A DNA stretch of 61,689 nucleotides, taken from a virus (lineage: Duplodnaviria > Caudoviricetes). The notes under the pieces are model-generated. The model was not told where the DNA came from and searched no databases. It worked only from the letters and a program-made list of their open reading frames with translations. Both the position numbers and the translations under genes were made by a program. Of the stretch, positions 57,259 through 61,689 are shown one piece after another. How positions within the stretch are numbered: the first letter of the stretch is position 1; the number at the start of each line of letters is the position of its first letter. The DNA lies in IMG/VR virus record IMGVR_UViG_3300011113_000660, positions 1 to 61,689 of that record; one strand, 5' to 3'.

Positions 57259-58005
57259 ATGAAACCTTATACATATCTCGTTGGATGGCCAGAACACAAC
57301 ATCTGGTATTATGGTGTCAGATACAGCCAAGATTGCGACCCCGGTGATCTTTGGAATCCATACAAGACCTCGTCCGTTCATGTTAAAAAATTTATCGCAG
57401 ACAATGGCGAACCTACGGTTATCAAGGTAAGAAAAGTCTTTGATAACGAATCTTCAGCACGACTTTGGGAGCATCGTGTTCTCAAAAGGTTGAAAGTAGT
57501 CGGCGATCCTCGTTGGCTGAATAAAACAGATAATAAATCCATTGCCCCATTATATGGTGAAGATCATCCAATGGCAAAACCTGAAAATAGAGCAAAGGTT
57601 GCCGGCGATAACCATCCACAAAAGAAACCAGAAGCAAGGGAACGAGCAAGACAGCGTATGTTAGCATTGGGTGACGAGCATTGGTGGAAAGATCCAGAGG
57701 TTATTGCTCGTAAAGTAGCTAAGACAAGCGGCGATAAGCATCATATGAAACGCCCAGAAGTAGCAGAGAAGGTGTCTGGTAAAAATAACTGGATATACCA
57801 AAAGCCAGGTGCGTTGGAAGAACGCAGTCAAAGATTTATAAAAATGAATAAAGCTCGCAAAGGCACACATTATCGTAGAGTGTGTTGTGAGCATTGTGAA
57901 AAAGATTATTCGTCCGTGCAAATCAAACAACACCAAAGACGATGTAAAATGAATTTAACCAGTTTAGTAGCAAACACTGACAGCAGAGTGTATAATCAGC
58001 TGTAA
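57259..58005 (+). CDS. Free-standing Seg-like GIY-YIG homing endonuclease with repeated DNA-binding modules
   Basis: YTY...WYYGVR, Y.TSS, E...L and WLN; five G(D/E/K)x(H/N) repeats; C-terminal CEHC...H...C. Confidence 0.75.
   Translation: MKPYTYLVGWPEHNIWYYGVRYSQDCDPGDLWNPYKTSSVHVKKFIADNGEPTVIKVRKVFDNESSARLWEHRVLKRLKVVGDPRWLNKTDNKSIAPLYGEDHPMAKPENRAKVAGDNHPQKKPEARERARQRMLALGDEHWWKDPEVIARKVAKTSGDKHHMKRPEVAEKVSGKNNWIYQKPGALEERSQRFIKMNKARKGTHYRRVCCEHCEKDYSSVQIKQHQRRCKMNLTSLVANTDSRVYNQL
57968..57996 (+). promoter_or_regulatory. Sigma70-like promoter for gp32 within the 3' end of the endonuclease gene
   Basis: TAGCAA-N17-TATAAT. Confidence 0.5.
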
Positions 58006-58067
58006 GGCAACATTTAAGACAACTCTTAAATCACATATTAAATCAACTTTAGAAAGGCAACACTAAT

Positions 58068-59051
58068 ATGGCTAGTTTACAAGAAATCCGTGCCCGTTTA
58101 GCGGCATCAGAAAACAAACAAGGTGGTTCATCCACCGGTGGCGACAATGGAATATATCCCCATTGGAATCTCGAGGAGGGGCAGTCATGCACCTTGCGAT
58201 TCCTCCCAGACGGCAATTCAAAGAACACATTCTTTTGGCAAGAACGGGCCATGATCCGCTTGCCATTCAATGGCATCAAAGGCGAAGCAGACAGCAAACA
58301 AGTCTACGTCCAAGTGCCATGCATGGAGATGTGGCAAGAGACCTGCCCAGTGCTGACAGAAGTTCGCACCTGGTTCAAGGACAAGGCCTTGGAAGACATG
58401 GGTCGCAAGTATTGGAAGAAGCGTAGTTATATTTTCCAGGGTTTCGTTCGCGAGAATCCGCTTGCCGATGACAAGACTCCAGAGAACCCAATCCGTAGAT
58501 TCATCATTGGTCCTCAGATCTTTACCATCATCAAAGGTGCATTGATGGATCCAGAATTAGAAGAATTGCCAACTGACTTGTTGCGTGGCCTGGACTTCCG
58601 TATCACCAAGACCAGCAAAGGTGGTTTCGCTGACTACAACAGTTCAAAATGGGCACGCAAAGAATCAGCACTGTTAGAAGCCGAACAAGCCGCGATTGAA
58701 AAACACGGCCTGTTTGATTTGAGCACATTCTTGCCCAAGAAGCCAAGCGAAGCCGAAGTCAAGGTCATCAAAGAAATGTTTGAGGCGTCAGTGGATGGCC
58801 AGACCTATGATACCGAACGTTGGGGTCAGTATTTCCGCCCAGCAGGTGTCAATGCTCCGGCTGGTGGATCCGGTACCGCACATGCCGACGAAGATGCTCC
58901 AGCACCTGCGGCCAAACCTGCTCCAGCGGCGGCCAGCAGTTTTGATGAAGATGACGCACCAGCAGTAGCGGCAACACCGGTAGAAGCCAAACCTTCGACT
59001 CAAAAAGCCGAAGACATTTTGGCCATGATCAGGGCACGTCAAAAGCAGTAA
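58068..59051 (+). CDS. 32: Single-stranded DNA-binding protein (T4 gp32-like)
   Basis: LRFLPD, C......CP, YWKKRSY, G.DF.I.K...GG.ADY..S.W; Ala/Pro/acidic tail; precedes uvsX. Confidence 0.9.
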   Translation: MASLQEIRARLAASENKQGGSSTGGDNGIYPHWNLEEGQSCTLRFLPDGNSKNTFFWQERAMIRLPFNGIKGEADSKQVYVQVPCMEMWQETCPVLTEVRTWFKDKALEDMGRKYWKKRSYIFQGFVRENPLADDKTPENPIRRFIIGPQIFTIIKGALMDPELEELPTDLLRGLDFRITKTSKGGFADYNSSKWARKESALLEAEQAAIEKHGLFDLSTFLPKKPSEAEVKVIKEMFEASVDGQTYDTERWGQYFRPAGVNAPAGGSGTAHADEDAPAPAAKPAPAAASSFDEDDAPAVAATPVEAKPSTQKAEDILAMIRARQKQ

Positions 59052-59067
59052 GTCATTGACAGATCAA

Positions 59068-59090
59068 GCACAGGGAACGTATCCCTGTGC
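59068..59090 (+). other. Hairpin between gp32 and the inserted AT-rich gene
   Basis: GCACAGGGA-ACGTA-TCCCTGTGC; no strong T tail. Confidence 0.5.
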
Positions 59091-59114
59091 ATCTACCTGT
59101 TTATAGATAATGAA

Positions 59115-60020
59115 ATGAAATTAAATTTAATATTTGAAAATTCTAACGATTCAATTGAGTTTGATATTGTTTATAATTCAGACATATTGGAACATGTGGT
59201 AGCAAAATCCAATGCTGACGGTTGTAACAGTTACTCAGACGATGGCAATATTTCTTCGTCGGTTGACAGATATTTGAATGAGTTGCATAGTGCTGTGACT
59301 TTAACCAACACAGTGATGCCGTTGGTGTGTGATCAAAAATTTGCCGAGCATACAGATATTCTTGAATATCTTGATCAAAAATTTCTTAATCAGCAACACG
59401 AACAATGGGTGCGGTCTCAACAACACATTATTGACATAGATAAACTGAGATTTTCACAAGACAAAACTGTCAGCCAACTTGGATGGAGATTGCACGATCT
59501 ATATCCAGATGAAATCCGACAAATACGACTGGCCGAGGTCATGCAAAAATTAGGATTCATCTTTCCCTACGAAGAAGTCAACATGACGGTGCATAGGTTA
59601 GAACAGTTTTTTGCCAAAAACATTGAATTCAAGTCACGTTCAAAATGGCAGGTATTTAATAATCCATTCCAAGACACCATGACCAGCAACAACGACGTGG
59701 TAAATTTGAGTTTTGGATACACCTACGTTGGAAGGCAATTTTACAACAAATGGCAATTTTGGGATACTGATCTAGATTGCGTCGATCATTACAATTATGA
59801 AACTTTGGAATATGCTTTTCAACTCAATCTAGATCGACCTCAAACAATACCATACAGCAAAGAATTTATCAATTGGCAACAACGAAAAGGGATCAAAGCA
59901 ATAACCACACAAATTCCAATTGCCAATATCATAGACTTAGAAAAAAATCTCAAGTATTATAGAACTATGTTATATAAAAATTCTAAAGCCAATAATCGGG
60001 CAACTCTACTACTTCACTAA
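59115..60020 (+). CDS. AT-rich hypothetical protein inserted between gp32 and uvsX
   Basis: 301-aa ORF; LN..HE.W, N..VH.LE and Y..VGR motifs; no recognised family. Confidence 0.7.
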   Translation: MKLNLIFENSNDSIEFDIVYNSDILEHVVAKSNADGCNSYSDDGNISSSVDRYLNELHSAVTLTNTVMPLVCDQKFAEHTDILEYLDQKFLNQQHEQWVRSQQHIIDIDKLRFSQDKTVSQLGWRLHDLYPDEIRQIRLAEVMQKLGFIFPYEEVNMTVHRLEQFFAKNIEFKSRSKWQVFNNPFQDTMTSNNDVVNLSFGYTYVGRQFYNKWQFWDTDLDCVDHYNYETLEYAFQLNLDRPQTIPYSKEFINWQQRKGIKAITTQIPIANIIDLEKNLKYYRTMLYKNSKANNRATLLLH

Positions 60021-60029
60021 AGGAAAATC

Positions 60030-61088
60030 ATGGGCAAGCCATTTGACGTATCAAAATTCCGCAAGGAAATTACAAAAAGCATTGACGGACTCAGCATTGG
60101 GTTCAATGATCCCACAGACTGGATCAGCACAGGTAACTTTGCACTCAACTACTTGATCAGCGGAGACTTCAACAAAGGTATCCCCTTGGGCAAGGTCACT
60201 GTGTTTGCCGGTGAGTCAGGTGCAGGCAAGAGTTATATCTGTAGTGGTAACATTGCTCGCAACGCACAACAACAAGGTATCTTTGTTGTGTTGATTGACA
60301 GCGAAAACGCACTCGACGAAGATTGGCTCAAAGCACTTGGTGTTGACACATCAGAAAGCAAATTGCTCAAGTTGAGCATGGCCATGATTGATGACGTGGC
60401 CAAGACCATCAGCACATTCATGGCCGACTACAAGGCCTTGCCCGATGGCGAGCGTCCCAAGGTCATGTTTATTATTGACAGCTTGGGCATGTTGCTAACA
60501 CCCACTGACGTAAATCAGTTTGACGCCGGTGAAATGAAAGGTGACCTGGGTCGCAAACCCAAGGCACTCACAGCCTTGGTACGTAACTGTGTCAACATGT
60601 TTGGTAGTTACAACGTGGGCTTGGTATGTACCAATCACACCTATGCCAGCCAGGACATGTTTGATCCTGACGACAAGATCTCAGGCGGACAAGGCTTTAT
60701 CTATGCCAGCAGTATTGTAGTGGCCATGAAAAAGATGAAGCTCAAAGAAGACGAGGATGGCAACAAGATCTCAGAAGTCATGGGTATCCGTGCTGGTTGT
60801 AAGGTGATGAAAACACGCTATGCCAAACCGTTTGAGGGTGTGCAAGTCAAGATTCCTTATGAAACAGGCATGAACCCCTACAGCGGTCTTGTGGACCTGG
60901 CTGAAAAGAAAGGCCTGTTAAAGAAAGACGGCAACCGACTCATGTTTGTAACGTCGGATGGTGAGATCATCAAGCAGTTCCGCAAGGCCTGGGAAAGCAA
61001 CGAAGAAGGATGCTTGGACAAGGTCATGGCTGATTTTGCAAATCAGAAAGAAACGGTAAGTACTGAAGAAACAGCCACGGAGGAATAA
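60030..61088 (+). CDS. uvsX: RecA-like recombinase UvsX
   Basis: GESGAGKS, IDSENA, IIDSLG, TNHTY, SGG.GF.YASS and KTRY. Confidence 0.95.
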   Translation: MGKPFDVSKFRKEITKSIDGLSIGFNDPTDWISTGNFALNYLISGDFNKGIPLGKVTVFAGESGAGKSYICSGNIARNAQQQGIFVVLIDSENALDEDWLKALGVDTSESKLLKLSMAMIDDVAKTISTFMADYKALPDGERPKVMFIIDSLGMLLTPTDVNQFDAGEMKGDLGRKPKALTALVRNCVNMFGSYNVGLVCTNHTYASQDMFDPDDKISGGQGFIYASSIVVAMKKMKLKEDEDGNKISEVMGIRAGCKVMKTRYAKPFEGVQVKIPYETGMNPYSGLVDLAEKKGLLKKDGNRLMFVTSDGEIIKQFRKAWESNEEGCLDKVMADFANQKETVSTEETATEE

Positions 61089-61091
61089 TAG

Positions 61092-61337
61092 ATGTCAGTA
61101 GAATTAAGCAAAGAAATTTGGGATGAGATCAAACGTTATGTAAACACGGTGGACCGTCAAGAAGCAGCAGAAACCTTGATCAATGTGCTAATTGACAATG
61201 ATGTAGATGCCGACGAAATCCGAGATACATTCAAAGGTGACCCAGAAGTCAAACGTGCTTTGACTAGCTATCTCAAAGATCATGCCGATGAAGAGGATGA
61301 GGAAGAGGAGTATGAGGAAGAGGACGAAGACTACTGA
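61092..61337 (+). CDS. Small acidic hypothetical protein
   Basis: 81 aa with GAGG SD and an acidic tail. Confidence 0.7.
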   Translation: MSVELSKEIWDEIKRYVNTVDRQEAAETLINVLIDNDVDADEIRDTFKGDPEVKRALTSYLKDHADEEDEEEEYEEEDEDY

Positions 61338-61689
61338 TGTGGTATAGCCGTGTGGTGGCCGATCTTGGTGCTATTCCTGATTTTATAGCGTACTATGAAA
61401 GTGAGCTAGAGGATGCCAAGCGTGATGTGCGTGTGGGCGGTTTAATTGAAAAAAACATCAAAGAACTGCCGGGCATCACCGAACATCGTTTCAATCAACT
61501 GCAAGAAATTGAAGCCATACTAAATCATCTCAACATACAGTTGAGAAAGATACGCAGAAAACATTTTCAAAAGTATTTGGAAGGCTATCAGCGAGCATTG
61601 ACCAGCAGAGATGCAGAAAAATACGTGGATGGTGAAGATGAAGTCATTGACTTTGAAACCATAATCAACGAAGTGGCTCTGCTACGCAA
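61337..61689 (+). CDS. uvsY: Recombination mediator UvsY-like protein, truncated by the window end
   Basis: Not in the ORF track; my translation MWYSRVVADLGAIPDFIAYYE...LPGITEHRFNQLQEIEAIL...KYLEGYQRALTSRDAEKYVDGEDEV; follows uvsX. Confidence 0.75.
   Translation, partial: MWYSRVVADLGAIPDFIAYYESELEDAKRDVRVGGLIEKNIKELPGITEHRFNQLQEIEAILNHLNIQLRKIRRKHFQKYLEGYQRALTSRDAEKYVDGEDEVIDFETIINEVALLR

Noticed and set aside
1-61689. Stop-codon reassignment as seen in some large phages
   Set aside because: Core genes are full-length in the standard code, and TAA, TAG and TGA all terminate genes.
1-61689. Prophage or host chromosomal context and a specific host assignment
   Set aside because: No integrase, att site or host housekeeping genes are present, and nothing in the window identifies the host.

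Overview
This window is 61.7 kb of a large, lytic T4-like (T4 superfamily) myophage genome read in the standard genetic code. It runs from the 3' end of a gp46/Rad50-like gene through the virion module (baseplate hub, tape-measure-like protein, portal gp20, protease gp21, scaffold gp22, major capsid gp23, a 10 kb fibre cluster, neck/tail gp15-gp14-gp13, sheath gp18, tube gp19, gp4, terminase gp16/gp17) to gp32, uvsX and uvsY. All protein calls come from motif recognition; no database searches were run. Late genes follow a TAAATA box, often only 4-7 nt before the ATG, which suggests leaderless mRNAs. Main leads: (1) a ~430-nt, densely base-paired non-coding element at 4431-4858 that I cannot assign to a known RNA class; it lies downstream of a stand-alone Seg-type GIY-YIG domain and shares AGGCAA(C) motifs with the gp32 leader. 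(2) An operon with a DUF1415-like protein, an arginyl-tRNA-protein-transferase-like GNAT, a small barrel protein and a B12 radical SAM enzyme. (3) An ~8 kb block between the terminase genes encoding proteins with T4-IP-like capsid-targeting N-termini and apparent protease-processed polyproteins. (4) Several glycosyltransferase-like genes around the capsid and Thr/Asn-rich fibre genes. (5) AT-rich accessory genes inserted cleanly into core operons.
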